A program made the translations under genes and the position numbers. The notes beneath the pieces are model-generated. The model worked only from the letters and a program-made list of their open reading frames with translations. It had not been told where the DNA came from and searched no databases. Positions 12,304 through 26,709 of a DNA stretch of 64,000 nt are shown piece by piece. This stretch comes from Octopus vulgaris (lineage: Eukaryota), in the NCBI GenBank assembly GCA_951406725.2, contig OX597815.1, positions 31,744,001-31,808,000 on the forward strand, given 5' to 3'. The number at the start of each line of letters is the position of its first letter. The first letter of the stretch is position 1.

Positions 12304-13306
12304 CACACACACACACATAAATTATATAATCCCACATCATTTAAAAGATGGGGAAATTTAATATTTTAGCTCAGTGAACATCAGTTCACACTTTGCCATT
12401 CCTCACATAATTTGTCACAGTCAAAGAACCATCTGGATTTTTGTTAACTATAAAATTTGTCACAGCTGTTACCAGCTTCCACTAGTACAGCTGAGGCAAC
12501 TACATGTACAGCTAATCAAAATCATTAACATTTATCATCAAGACATTTACACAGGGTTATGTTAAAATTCCTCAAACCCCTCTTTTATTTCAGCTGGTCT
12601 TTCTTTACACTAATTCTCTCTGTTTTGCAATGTTTAACCAATTCTGTGCTGGAATACAACCTTTTCCTCTGAGGCACTCAATGTCATAAATCCTATCAAA
12701 CTAGAAATGTCCAATGGTGACCTTGGCCATCTGGTGTGTTTCCATAGTGGCCATCATCCCAAACCCTTCAAGGCATACAAGATCCTCATTGGATATTGAA
12801 TGAAATGCAAACTGCATGAACAGTCAGAGTGCATTTTATGTAATCAATCACAGGTTGACAGAATGTGTCAGATGGTTTTAGGGTCTTATCAACGAAGACT
12901 ATGGCATACTTGGTGTTCTTAAATTGTCAAGCGCTTGTGTGACTATCTTTGCTTTTCTAAGTTTGCTCAACCAAAGTTCTCCAGGGCTACACAAATCACC
13001 ATCTACAAGCACAGCAACAACAACTACAACACTATCATTGACAGTGTGAAGTATTAGTTCTTTGACCATTCCACATCAACTGTGTACACATTTTCAACTG
13101 GGAATTCTATCCAGGAATGTGAACCAATTGTGACTTTCTTTAAAGTAATTTAACAGGAGCAGTTTGATTAATCTTTACTTTTGAAAGTGTTTTCAAGGCA
13201 AGATAAAGAAATGACCACGCAAAAATCATGAACCAATGGTCCCACGAGCGGGTGTGTGTTGGTGTGGCCATTACACTGCATATGCCTGAGTATATGTGAC
13301 TATATT

Positions 13307-13339
<33 letters not shown>

Positions 13340-14550
13340 TTGTGTGACTGTATGACTGTATATGCTTGTGGTTGGTGTGACTATGATGTCTGCGAATGTA
13401 TGACTATATACATGTTTCTGTGAGTTTGTGTAACTGTGCAACTAAGTATGTGCCTTAGTGTAACTTTATGATTTTGGGTATTGTGTATGTGTGTATGTTT
13501 GTGTGTGTGTGTGTGTGTACAAATAGAGTTAATATGCATTTTGCTTGTGTGTGTGTGTGTGTGTTGGTGTGAAAGTGAGTGGATGGGTGGTGGTTCAGTG
13601 TATATTAGTGTGTGATCAGAAACACAGACATCCATAGGTTGGTTTCCTATGTCTTATCAACATGATCATGTTAAATACCTTAGGAATACCCTCACCTTCA
13701 CTGACCCCACCACCACCACCACCTCTCCAGTTGCAAAGCTTTATTTAATTAATTCAGCTGCTTCTGTTTGGCAAATTCTGCCAAGACTTGTCCACTCCTA
13801 CGCAACTATGACACTCTAGAATTTCTACATTCCTAATACAATTTAACAGATTCAGCCAATATCTGAAGAATATTTGGCATTCTACATGCCAATTCATCAG
13901 AGCAGCTTGGGGTAACTTATAAATTAAACTATCATAGAAGTTGGGTGAAAATTATGCACAGAATTAATGAAGAGAGATCCAGGAGACAGAGGCCAAAGAT
14001 GTGTGTGTGTGTGTGTGTTACATTTCTAACACTATACCTAATCATTTGACAAAATGGAATTAGATAGAACAATAGCAACAAAAATACAAGCAACAACAAC
14101 TACAAACAAGTTATAAAAACAATAACATATTCAACCCTTGATAAAATTATTTTCTCATCTCAGTATATTTTTTTTGTTTGTTTGTTTGTTAATTTGTTTT
14201 TATGTTTGGATGTTTGTGGGGAGAGCTTTTGAGGAAAAAAAAAAAAACAGAAAAAAATTTTTTAATAAAATTCATTTTCCTATTTGCTTTGTTTCTAGCC
14301 CTACTCTCCCCTACCTGACCCTATCCTACTGTCCATTACCCACCCCTACATATGTAATTAGCAGAAGTCTTGTATAAACTCCAGGAGTTGAAATAATTTT
14401 GCTGAGATTTCTTTCTGAGGATATTATATTGTTAGAAACTGCAACACAAAACAAAGGAAAGCAAACAGCTCAGAAGGGGTGGGGAACAAACATAATTATT
14501 TACAAACAAAACCACACAAAATATAAAAAGGAACAATGAGTATATTATTA

Positions 14551-14587
<37 letters not shown>

Positions 14588-14592
14588 CATCA

Positions 14593-14624
<32 letters not shown>

Positions 14625-15504
14625 GTTATTATTTTATTATTATTATTATTGAATTGGTTTCTTTCAAACACTTAATTAAATAAAATAAATATTTTCTTTC
14701 TTTAAATACAATCGGACAATGCAGGATAGAATATTATATCCCGTATGAAATTTCATAACAAACAATGACAAAAGACAAGTGGGCTTTTTGCTGGGTAATT
14801 TCCATTGTAATTACAAGCATCACCAGCATTATCATCATCATTATCATCATCATCATCATTGTCATCATCATTTTTGTGACCATTACTAAAATTGGCAACA
14901 TCGTTATCATCATTATCATCATCGTTTTAATGCCATTTTGTTTTTATTTTTTTGTTTGTTTGTTTGTTTGTTTGTTTTTTCCTTCCATACTGGCATTGGT
15001 TTGATGGTAATCAGATCTGTTGAAAGGAGAGTGGGAAATGGTTAAGTAATTTTGAAGTTTATTTGTCTAAATAGGTTTTGAAAGGAGAATTTCCCTGTTC
15101 TCTGAAAACAGGAAATTCCAGGCATTCTTTAAAGTTAGAATCATAGACCATCACTATAGCCAAATAGCTGTTCTAACAAAGCTCTAAGGCAAACTAAAGA
15201 CATATGTAAGACCACCTATATACCACAATATATAACAGGCCTTCAGTCTGCAAAGTGAATTTTCATAAATATATTCATCTTATACCTGCTGTAATCAATA
15301 TACCAGGTGGATTAGAGTTGGCCTATAGTCACTGACATTCTGGATGTGACCACCTCACTTTTTATTCAGATACAGTGTACTTGAGCCAGCAATATCAAGT
15401 GTATTCTTTCCTTTTCAGGAAAGTAAAATGCTACTTGAGTGCTATTTGGGTGCTATTTTTAGCAGATAGAGAGACTACATAAAGGTTCACTCCTTTAGTC
15501 ATTT

Positions 15505-15990
15505 TTCTTTGTTTTAATTTGTTTTGATTATTGAACTGTGGCCATGCTGGGGCACCACTACTTATCTTTTAAGTCTGATATTTATTCTTTTGGTCTCTAT
15601 TGCTGAACCACTAAGTTATAGGGGGTTATAGGGGGTTATAGGGGGGTGAACAAACCAACACTGGTTAAGTGGTGGTGGTGGGGGGGTGCTGGTCAGGCAA
15701 ATACAAACACACACTCTCACACACATACACACACACACAAAATGGCAAACCTCAAAACGGCGGTACCCCAGCATGGTCACAGTATGGTCACAGCTCGTGA
15801 GCTGAAACTAGATAAAATAAAATTTAAAAAATAAATATATTTCTACCACTGCTACAATGGCTTCTGCTCCTTGGAGCTGGCTTCAGGGCTAAAATAGAAG
15901 CCACTTACTGAAAACGCCACACTGTGGAATTGAACCCAGAACTACACGGTTGCAAAATGAACTTCTTAACCTCACAACCATGCCTACATT
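15505..15990 (-). mobile_element. SINE family B, decayed, with a plus-strand CR1-type 3' stub inserted at 15757-15835
   Basis: tgtggccatgctggggcacc tail, caaaccaacactggtt body and gaacccagaact head in reverse orientation. Confidence 0.75.
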
Positions 15991-16582
15991 CTAATTCAAT
16001 TTTTAATATTATTTGAAGTTCAAAGGATGCTGGTTGGCAGAACTGTTACTACGCCAGAAAAAATGTTAGAGAAAAACTTAGAACTTAAAGAATGAGATAA
16101 AATAACACTAAGCATTTTGGCTGACACATTAACAATTTCTTCCAACTGTACATTCTGAGTTCATATTCCACCGGGGTAGAATTTACCTTTTATCCTTTTG
16201 GGGACGATAAAATAAGTACAAGTTGAGCACTGGTGCTGATGTAATCAACTTACCTCCTCCCCACAAATTGCTGGCCTTGTGCCAAAAATTTGAAGTCAAT
16301 ATTATTTGAAGTTTAGTTGTCTCCCCATTGTTCTCCATTTCTTGACTAATCAACAAGCTAATGATTTTGTTCTCACAACAGGAGTAATTTTCATTAATTA
16401 ACAAATTTTTGGCTCTCTTCAATATGTAAGAGAGCACTTCTCGTTTTTCACATCAAAGCAGTAGACACACTCAAGCAGTATCTCCCAAAATGGAATAGGT
16501 TCAGACTATGGCAATATCCATACAACCCATGCTGGCATGGAAAACTGATATAAAATGATGGTGGTAGTGTTGGTGGTGGTGG

Positions 16583-16797
16583 AAGGTGGTGAGCTGGCAG
16601 AATCATTAGTACACCAGGCAAAATGTTCAGCTGTATTTCGTCTGTCTTTATATTCTGAGTTCAAATTTCACCAAGGTCAACTTTGCCTTTCATCCTTTCA
16701 AGGTTGATAAATTAAGTACCAGTTGCATACTGGTGTCGATCTAATTGACTGGGCTCCCACCCCCCAAAAATCAGGCCTTGTGCTTATAACAGAAAGG
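16583..16797 (+). mobile_element. SINE family A, tail A2
   Basis: aaggtggtgagctggcagaatc..gagttcaaattt..gcctttcatcctttc..ggccttgtgc..agaaagg. Confidence 0.88.
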
Positions 16798-16996
16798 TGG
16801 TGGTGGTGGTGGTGGTGGTGGTGGTGGTGTTGAGGATGACAATGATGGTTGATCACAAGTTTCCTTGAGTAATTAACTTCACTCCTGCCATTTCCAAGTC
16901 ATTCTTCTTCTGGATAAAGTGTTGGGATAAATTTCCATTCAAGCCACTTTTGTAGTGGATAGCTCTCTTCGGTCAGGATCACGGCCAGAGATATAA

Positions 16997-17044
<48 letters not shown>

Positions 17045-18489
17045 GATTCACCTAATCTATTAGTAAATCCATTAATGTGTATATGACTCTTGCCCCTAAT
17101 TCTTATCATTCATAAAACTACTTTGTCATTCCTAGTATATAAAATGCATATACATCTTTTATTTATAATCCTTCTTTCAATGAGGTGTGATTCTATCTGT
17201 TCTGATTGAACTCAAAATGGATTATAAATTAAAGCAATGTTTTCACTTCTCAAAGATTGTAATGAAAACACAAAACATTAAGAGATATTCATATGTGCAA
17301 ATTAGATAACTTTGATAGAAATGCTAATGGTCTTATTGTTGTACAAGAAACGGAAAAAGTGAAATATTGAGATTTTAAAACCTGCCCAAATTTCATGTCA
17401 AGTTTAGTTTGAATTTTATTGAAAAGTATTCAGGTAATGTTAACAAATTAAAATCTATTTCTTTACACAAACTACCTGGGGGGAAAATGGGTTTCTCTGT
17501 TCATATACAAAATGTAAATTGTAAAAATAACACAGAAAGATATAATCGAACATAAACCTAAAATGATTAATCAAAAACCACAAGATATTATCCTCCACAT
17601 AAATACACATTTTCTCACTTTTTTCTCCCACCAGACAAAACAAAAATTAAAAATTCTCCCCCAAAACTTCCTTGAATTGAAAAATATTTTCTTAAAATTT
17701 TCTTTCTAGTCCAGTGGCTAATCTATCATTTTAAATCTTCTGTTATTTTTTTTTTATTGGTTTTAGTTCATCTCATTTATCAATAAACTGAAATTTGTAG
17801 GGTGGTTAAAAAAACCCATATAAACGCACATATACATTAATATATATATATTAAAATATATGTTTGTTTATGTGAGTAGGCGTATACACACATACACACA
17901 CACATATATATATAGTCATACATAAATATGTGTTTTTATATGTTCAAATACAAGACCATCCTAAAAAAAATGTCAATAGGTAAATTAAATAAATAGCAAA
18001 AGAATTAAATAAATAAATATAGTAAATAAGATAAAACATAATAAAATAAAATATAAATCTGTGAATCGTCTAAGAATTCATCATTGATTGTTAACTGTGA
18101 ATGAGTTCTGTAGAGATCTCAGTCAAGGAACCAACCAAATAAACTTGGCACTAATTCAAGCAAAACATTGCCACTATTTGCACTATAACTCTTCTCTATG
18201 AAACTGTCTGACATATAAGATTTATGTACATTGATTAAGTATTATTGGAAGATAGAAGTTGTCCTGTGAAAAATCTGAGATTTTATTCACAGCTAAGTAA
18301 GAATTTACTTTCCCTAGCTGAGCAATCAATTTGGTTTTCTCCTTGCCAACACCAAATATTGACAAGGCATGAAGTATTTAAAATTGGGAGGGTTTTGCTC
18401 TTAAGGGCTGAATGAATCAAATTTGATTTACTCCTAACTGAGTTCTTCCAGCATGCCAGAGGAACTATATAACCATGTTGTCTTAAACA

Positions 18490-18520
18490 CACTCACACAC
18501 AGATATATAAACACACATAC

Positions 18521-18609
<89 letters not shown>

Positions 18610-18610
18610 G

Positions 18611-18687
<77 letters not shown>

Positions 18688-18786
18688 GTATGTGTATATA
18701 TATATATATATGGATGTATATATATGTATATATATATGTATGTATATATATGTATATATATATGTATGTATATATATGTATATATG

Positions 18787-18817
<31 letters not shown>

Positions 18818-18885
18818 GTATGTATATATATGTATGTATGTATGTATATATATGTATGTATGTATATATATACACACACACACGC

Positions 18886-18948
<63 letters not shown>

Positions 18949-18960
18949 TGTATGTAAACA
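18490..18960. repeat. Compound (TA)n/(TATG)n microsatellite
   Basis: Directly visible. Confidence 0.95.
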
Positions 18961-19560
18961 AGCATGAATGCACACATATATGTGTTATGAAATGATAAAA
19001 TGAATGCATGATTGATTGATTGATTGATTGATCGACTGTCCATTAAGCTGAAAGCCTATACATGATTTCATTTGGTGTGGAAATACAGCTGTGTAGACAC
19101 TGTACACACCCTGTTGCTGTTCTGGATTCATGCTTGAAACTCAGCACCCTAAGTTACCAACCAAATTTAACGTTTTGTTGCTAAACTCCAACACACACAC
19201 ACACACTCATATACATGTTGGCAAGAACCTTCAACAGATGTATTTATCACTTCTCGCAAAATGTAATAAAGGATTTTGCAGTACATCTCCCCTATTTTAT
19301 CATTGAATTGAACTAAGAAAATTTTGATGGCTCAACGCCCAGGTTTATAGTTATCTGTTTGCAGAATAATCTTGAGTCAAATTTACTTTTATAATACTGG
19401 AAAAAAAACAGTAATAGAAACATACCTTGCTTCCCCACAAAATAAAATAGCAACTTTATTGTGTAGTTAATTGCCAGCAGTTAATATTATTTACTTAATA
19501 GATATGAGGTTAATCATAACTTTGAATGGACAAAGTCAATTAAATTGACCCAAACATATT

Positions 19561-19940
19561 CTTTTATTCTTTTACTCGTTTCAGTCATTTGACTGTGGCC
19601 ATGCTGGAGCACCGCCTTTAGTCGAGCAAATTGAACCCAGGATTTATTCTTTGTAAGCCTAGTATTTATTCTATTGATGTCTTTTGCCAAACTGCTAAGT
19701 TATGGGGATGTAAACACACCAGTATCAGTTGTCAAGCAATGTTGGTGGGACAAACACACACACATACATATATATACAATGAACTTCTTTCAGTTTCCGT
19801 CTACCAAATCCACTCACAAGGCTTTGGTCAGCCTAAGGCTTCAGTAGAAGACATTTACCCAAGGTGCCATGCAGTGGGACTGAACCTGGAATCATGTGGT
19901 TGGTGAGCAAGCTACTTACCATACAGCCACTCCTGTGCCT
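19561..19940 (-). mobile_element. SINE family B, full length
   Basis: Reverse complement aligns end to end with 9612-10020. Confidence 0.9.
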
Positions 19941-20379
19941 GTTACTAGAAATTATTTTATTGACATTTTGGACATGAAAAATCCTGCTTGATGTCAATGA
20001 TATCTCATTGAATTTGTTGGATTGAGACTAACTAGTATTCAATCTTAACTCTTTGATTCTGAGATGTAAAACTTAAGATCAAATACTAGTCAGATGATCA
20101 AGTTGGTGGACCTCACATCAGTGAGGTGTTGGGGTGGGTACTGTAAGACTACCAAAAAGGCTATAAAACTGTGTTCATTTTCTCCTGGTGACTCCTGAAA
20201 TCTGGCATCCAGTATGAGGCACTTTTGATTAGCAGCACTTGTGCAAGCAAGCTATTAGCAAATTTCAATGATCCCAGATAAGTTTCTCTCATTTCAGTAA
20301 TTAAACACCTGAAATGGACTGAAAATGAGAGAAGAAGAGGACAAAGAATTGTTAATGTTAATATTAAGTTTACTTAAGA

Positions 20380-20590
20380 TAACAAGCTGGCAGAATTGTT
20401 AGCGAGCGGGACAAAGTGCCTACCAGCAATTCATCCGTCTTAACATTGTGTGTTCAAATTCTGCTGAAGTTAACTTTCTTTGCCTTTTGTTTTGTCTGGG
20501 TTGATAAGCTACATACCAGTTGAGCACTGGGGTTGATGTAATTAACTTGCACCCTCCACAAAAACTGCTGGCCTTTGAACCCAATATCAG
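20380..20590 (+). mobile_element. SINE family A, decayed, tail A3-like
   Basis: agctggcagaattgttagc..gttcaaattctgctga..taccagttgagcactggggttgat..gctggcctt. Confidence 0.75.
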
Positions 20591-21954
20591 GTATCTTTGA
20601 TTATCTTGACCCCCCACAAGACAGACTGACCACACACGGATTATAGATCATACAAAGTATTTAAATTCTGTTTCAATTATTTGTTCATGATTACAGTATA
20701 TCTATTGTATGACATGTGGACCTAGGATGTAGGATTAAAAGCATATGGTCCAATTTTCAAAACAGAACTGTGTTAATTGAAACAGATTTAACAGCTGCAT
20801 TCAATTCAAGTCTCCTCCTTGATTTGTAGAGGTGGAATTATGCACTATCCTATCATTAACACCCTTAACTATCTAGCAGGCTCTTTACAACAAAACCTGC
20901 TTCCTCCACTAGTACAAACTGACATATATGTAGCGTAGTTGTGTCTCTGACTCATGAATCTAGGTCATCCCATACCGAGCACTTAACATTGATTGGATTT
21001 CACAAAAGGTGCCCAAGGTCTTCATATCTCTTTTAATTTAAATTTTCTTTTTTCACACTTTGTGCCTGGTAGAATGAATTTACTATGCCATTCCTAAATC
21101 ATTTGGGGAATGAAATTAATCTTATTTGACATCACTCATTAATTCATTTATAATTATCTCTGGTTTATATAACTTAACTATTTCACATTTAAAGTTAATG
21201 ACTTTTAATTAAATTATGCTACTATTTGGTAACATGATTCTGTGGAAAATTGGCCTTAATGTTACTGAAGTACCAGCAAATCATCTCGCAGATTTAATAG
21301 TAATAAATATTCTGTGTGTGTTTTGAGAGAGACAGAGAGAGATAGATACATATGTAATCTTACATAATTATAAATACAGAATATAAAATATCATTAAAAT
21401 GTTTAATAAGCAGTAGGAAAGGATATATAGTTTCATTAATTAAGACAGTATATTCAATAGCAATAAATAAATATATAATGTAAATACCATACATCTAATA
21501 AGAATTCAGTAATGAATACAGTGTTATTAATAGAACAAGCAGGGAGGTGGAAGATTCCAAGCTTGGAAAGATGACTTTTTTGTAAGCATACTAAACTGTT
21601 TTAGTATTGTAATAAACTAACCACACTAAGTCTGTCTCAGCAGTTGGTGGTAGAAAGTGTACTCAGCTGTAACAACCCACAGTTAAGAACTTATCAAGTG
21701 CAGGATACATGGGAGGATCGAGATGCATGGGAATAAGGTCTGAGCTCGGATGTCTACCTTACCCCCATGCATACTCAGAAAAATAGACATCGCCACCATC
21801 ACCACCACCACCATTACCATTACCATCATCATCATCATTAGTATATCCTACCTGACTTTCCATGCTGGCATGGGTTGGACAGATCACCACCATCATCATC
21901 ACACTCTTATTATTATCATCATCATCATCACCACCACCACCACCATTATCATCG

Positions 21955-21996
<42 letters not shown>

Positions 21997-22358
21997 ACAG
22001 CAGCAGCATTGCATTTTGATGTCAATAGCAACAGCAGCAGTAGCAATGGTGATGGTAGTGGTATGGTGTAATTCTAACAGCAATGATGGTGTTTGCTGCA
22101 TGGCAGGTTTGGTAGGTAATAAAGCAGATAAAATGCTTTATGGTATTTAGGTTTTACTTGGTTCATTCACTGGACCGTGGCTATGCAGGCACACCATCTT
22201 GAAGGGTTTAGTCAAACAAATCACTCCCCAGTAATTTTTTTTTTTTTTTGAGTCTGGTACTTATTGTACTGGTCTTTTTTTTTTACCAAACTGCTAAGTT
22301 ATGATTATGAGGACGTAAACAAACCAACACCGGTTGTCAAGCAGTGGCAAGGACAGTG

Positions 22359-22566
22359 GAGGCACGTGGTTTAGTGGTTAGGATGTTGGACTCATGATTG
22401 TAAGACTGTGTTTTCGATTCCTGGACTGGGCAACATGTTGCTCCCGTCCACTCAGCTGGCAAAACAGTAATCTTGCGACAGTCCAGGTGGGGAATTTAAA
22501 TACCATGGAAGCTGGAAAACCCTTATGAGTCAGCATGCCTCAAGAAGGTAACATTACCTTACATTT
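22359..22566 (+). mobile_element. tRNA-derived SINE of a further family (CORE/V-like), decayed
   Basis: Head ggcacgtggtttagtggttagg..ttcgattcc; tccactcagctg motif shared with 58156-58466; short repeat tail. Confidence 0.6.
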
Positions 22567-23365
22567 TAAGTGACTAGAACAAGTACAGAGAAAAGGCACA
22601 AAGTCAGGAATTTTGAAGGAAAGGGTTTAGTTTATATGAGTGGCCCTCACACATGTACTTGATTGGTACTCTATTTTATCAAAAGACATAACTGAGTTCA
22701 GTGGGATTTGAACATAGAATGTAAATAGCTGGAATAAATACCTACAAATCATTTTGGTTGCAGCCCTACCAATCCTACCACCCACTGTCTTACAACAACG
22801 AAACAATAAATTCATTTTGTTGACATTTTATTGACTTAAAAAAAGAAAGGAAAATATTCAGAAAATGAAAAAAATTTTTTTCATAAAAACTCAAAAACTG
22901 AAAATAATGAAGTTAAGAAAAAAACACAAAAAGAAGTAGCTAGATAAAAATGATATTATTTTTCACTCAAAATATAGCAAATATAAGAATTTAAGAAGTA
23001 AGACAACAAAACTACTGAAAAGTCGAAGATAATAGAGATTATGAAGTTTGAAGTTTATCAAATTACATTCTGTGAAATGCTTCTTAATCATAATTTTCTA
23101 ATCTTTGGCCACGGTGTTCGTGTGTAAACTTAATAAACTGATGTTATCTTGAGTGTTTGGGTGAGAGAACAAATAAAATTAAAATAAAATAAAATAAATT
23201 TCCTTATTCTGACTATGGAACCATTTTACCGAGATTTTCTTCATATTTTCTGTTCCTGCTCTTAATTTAGTTTAACTTCACTGCCAAATATTTATATTTG
23301 ACCTGGCAACCTTTTGGTAGTAAAATAAACAAATAAATGTTCTTTGTGTGTGCTTTAAAACTCAT

Positions 23366-23424
<59 letters not shown>

Positions 23425-23564
23425 ATGCTGATATGTAAATATCTATCTGCCAATCAATCACTTTATCTATCTATCTATCTATATTTCTATCTAGCAATCA
23501 ATCAATTTATGTATGTGTGTATCTGTTTGTCTGTTTACCTTTCTATCTAACTATACACACCCAT

Positions 23565-23612
<48 letters not shown>

Positions 23613-23877
23613 TCTATACGCATAGATGCATATCTAATATACTGTAGAGAAAGTTAATTTCCTGATACAATTGTTAGCAAAAGTGATAAAGCTACTGGCT
23701 AATTGACCCACAAAGATTCTATGTTCGAATCCAGTTCTTGATTTACCAATAAATCAAGCCAAAACTAATTTAGCATTCTTCAGTTTAAAAAAAATGGTTG
23801 TCTCTAATTATTGTTATAAAGTCATTGTGGGAACCTAAATTTGTAGGCCTATCCAAGCCTTATATAAGCAAAGAGGA

Positions 23878-24109
23878 GGGCGGCAAGCTGGCAGAAACAT
23901 TAGCGCGCCGGGCGAAATGATTAGCAATATTTCGTCTGTCGTTAAGTTCTGAGTTCAAATTCCGCCGAGGTCGACTTTGGCTTTTATCCTTTCAGGGTCG
24001 ATAAATAAAGTACCAGTTTCGCACTGGGGTCGATGTAATCGACTTAATCCCTTTGTCTGTCCTTGTTTGTCCCCTCTATGTTTAGCCCCTTGTGGGTAGT
24101 AAAGAAATA
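23878..24109 (+). mobile_element. SINE family A, young full-length copy, tail A1
   Basis: Perfect 17-bp TSD tatataagcaaagagga at 23861-23877 and 24110-24126; CpGs retained. Confidence 0.95.
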
Positions 24110-24630
24110 TATATAAGCAAAGAGGATATATTACTTTATACAAAAAATATTATATTCCTTTCTTCATTTTCATCAGCATTATTTCCATCGTTTTTTTTTT
24201 TTTCACTTACATCATTTGTTAATAAATGAGTCCTTGATTTCCCTTTTGTGAATATGCCTAAACAGGATATGATAGGTTGGAGGACCACATATTGTTCTAA
24301 TGTTCCTGTTTTGGCATGGTTTCTCTTTCTGGATGCCCTTCCTAAGACCAATAACTTGACAGAATATACTAGGTACATTTTTCATGGTACCAGCACAAGT
24401 GAGGTTTTCTTGCCCTCCAAAACACTAGAGGGTTTTCTAAGCTCTGTGTTGTCCTTGCTTGATTCACTAGCCACTTTATAAAATATACTTGGTGCTTTTT
24501 TTCATGGCACCAGCACTAATGAGGTCACCTTGTTACTTGAAAGGCCAAAGAATCATCACAACTAAAGGGAGAATAAAATCTAAAGAGATGACTTTAGGTG
24601 AAGCATTGGGACAAGTTACAATATGATGGA

Positions 24631-24767
24631 GACTTTGCCTTTCATCCTTTCGGGGTCGATAAATTAAGTACCAGTTACGCACTGGGGTCGATGTAATCGA
24701 CTTAATACCTATGTCTGTCCTTGTTTGTCCCCTCTGTGTTTAGCCCCTTGTGGGTAATAAAGAAATA
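24631..24767 (+). mobile_element. SINE family A, 5'-truncated, tail A1
   Basis: Near identical to the 3' part of 23878-24109. Confidence 0.9.
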
Positions 24768-25087
24768 GGAACAGTGTCAGGTTTTATATACATACAACTT
24801 TGCCTCCTTCCTTCATAATTAGCCCCTGCCTATAGAACTACATTCCCATCTGTCCCCCGCCACCTTTTCCTTCATTCTTCATGCTTTATTTCCTGCCACC
24901 TTTTGTCTCTCTTTGCATTTAGCTCATTATTATTTTTTTTTCCTGAAGGACTAGTGTCTGAAATATCAAAACTCTTTCTCTTCATTTTTAAACACTAAAC
25001 TAATGCAACATTTGTTAAAATTTGTTCCTCTCGTGTTATCTGCCTATATTTTTGGCTTATTTCCTAACACACAGGCATACACATATA

Positions 25088-25300
25088 CATGTGACCGCAT
25101 GTGTACCGTTGGCGATTTTTTTTCCTTCATCTTCCCTTCTTTGGATCTTTCTTTTTCCTATGTTTCTGACGAAGAGCTCCGCTCAAAACGTTAAACCCCT
25201 CCTTCTTTCCTTCTTTCCTGAGCGTCCAATAATACTATACTTGTTCCATGTCCTCGCGTTGTTGTGTTTTCTCTTTGTGTTTTCATGTTTGGATTAACTA
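25088..25300 (+). mobile_element. Penelope-like terminal repeat fragment with a minimal hammerhead motif (25162-25196, G12 mutated)
   Basis: GUUU-CUGACGA-a-GAGC-ucc-GCUC-AAAAC-GUU-AAAC; pyrimidine-rich flanks; bounded by CA/TA repeats. Confidence 0.6.
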
Positions 25301-26650
25301 CACATATACATACACACACCGCACTCACACACACATATATATGACACACGATATTATATTTCTTAACATGAATTTGTTAACTGATGCCTTACATAGGCAA
25401 CGTTGGTATTTTCCTATGTTTAGTTTAGAACTGAAGATAGTAACAGGTTTAAGACTAGCCACTAGAACTGGTGTGCCTGTCACAGACAGTCTCAGCATGA
25501 CTTGAAATGGGAATAAAAAAAAAAAGGAGCAGCACATATGCTGCTGTTCTTCTCCTTGTTTAGCCTTGGAACAAAAACAATCCAGCTGTGACCATCTTGT
25601 CCTTTTTATGTTTTTTTTTCTTTTTTAGACATGGTATCTATAAAACTGCACTACGCAATATGTCATTTCTTTGTTAAAAAAATAACAGAATATAATTTTG
25701 AGGAAAAATTATCAGCTATTTCTAGTAAGTTAGTCAATTACATACGTGGAAGCTCATATGTTGGGTAGGGCCCTTTGTTGGCAAAGAAAAGAAAAAGAGA
25801 GAGATGAAAAAAGAGCAAGACTTGCTTGCTTTCATTTTTTAAAGTATTTTATCCTTTCATTATTTTTTATTGTTTCAAGCTAGAAGCTTAGCTGTTTTTT
25901 CTTGATTGTCTGAGTAAGCACAACATGTTTAGTGTGTGTGTGTGTGTGTGTGTATGTGCGTATATGTTACTTCCCAGACAAATAAGAAATCAAGAACTTT
26001 ACTATTGGGACTACTACTGTGTTACTGATCAAACTGTTTTCATTCTTAAAACACATTCAATCATGCAGAAAGGCATCTGTAAGGGTGTGTGTGCATGTAA
26101 GGATGATTAGGGTTAGTTATGATTAGCGGGTAGGGGTAGATGTTTCAGCGGGCTTTCTTCAAGGGTATCATGGTAATATATGCTAAGGAGTAGAAGATTG
26201 TAACACTATCCACGCTAGGGGCCTTTTGGCTCTGTCTATTATAGTTGTTACTTGGAGCTGAATAATTATGATATCAGACCATAGAAAATGTACTTCTTAT
26301 TTGTTGTTGAATGTTTCTTGACCTGGAAACTTGTGGATTTTTATCTGTTATTTTCTTAAATGATAAAAAAATCCTTCACATATCTCTCTCCATTTTTTTG
26401 CCTGTCATTCAATCTCTTTCTATCATTCTGTCTGTATGTCTGTCTCTCTTTCTTTCTCTCTCTCTCTTTCCCTCCATCTCTGTGTACTGGCATGGTTGTG
26501 TGACTAAGAATTCTACTTTGCAACCACTTGGTTTGAGTTCAGTTCCACTGCATGGCACCGTGGAGAACTGTCACCCTGGGCCAACCAATGCTTTTTGAAT
26601 GGAAATGGTAGACGGTCACTGTACAGAAGTCCATTGTTGTGAATGTGTGA

Positions 26651-26709
<59 letters not shown>

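Noticed and set aside
23672-23740. tRNA gene (gttcgaatcc B-box), and likewise all SINE heads
   Set aside because: No complete cloverleaf; decayed tRNA-derived SINE heads.
26132-26166. Minus-strand UUGAAGA-aagc-cc-gcu-GAAAC hammerhead-like string
   Set aside because: C3 change uncompensated, stem III broken and no stem I pairing.
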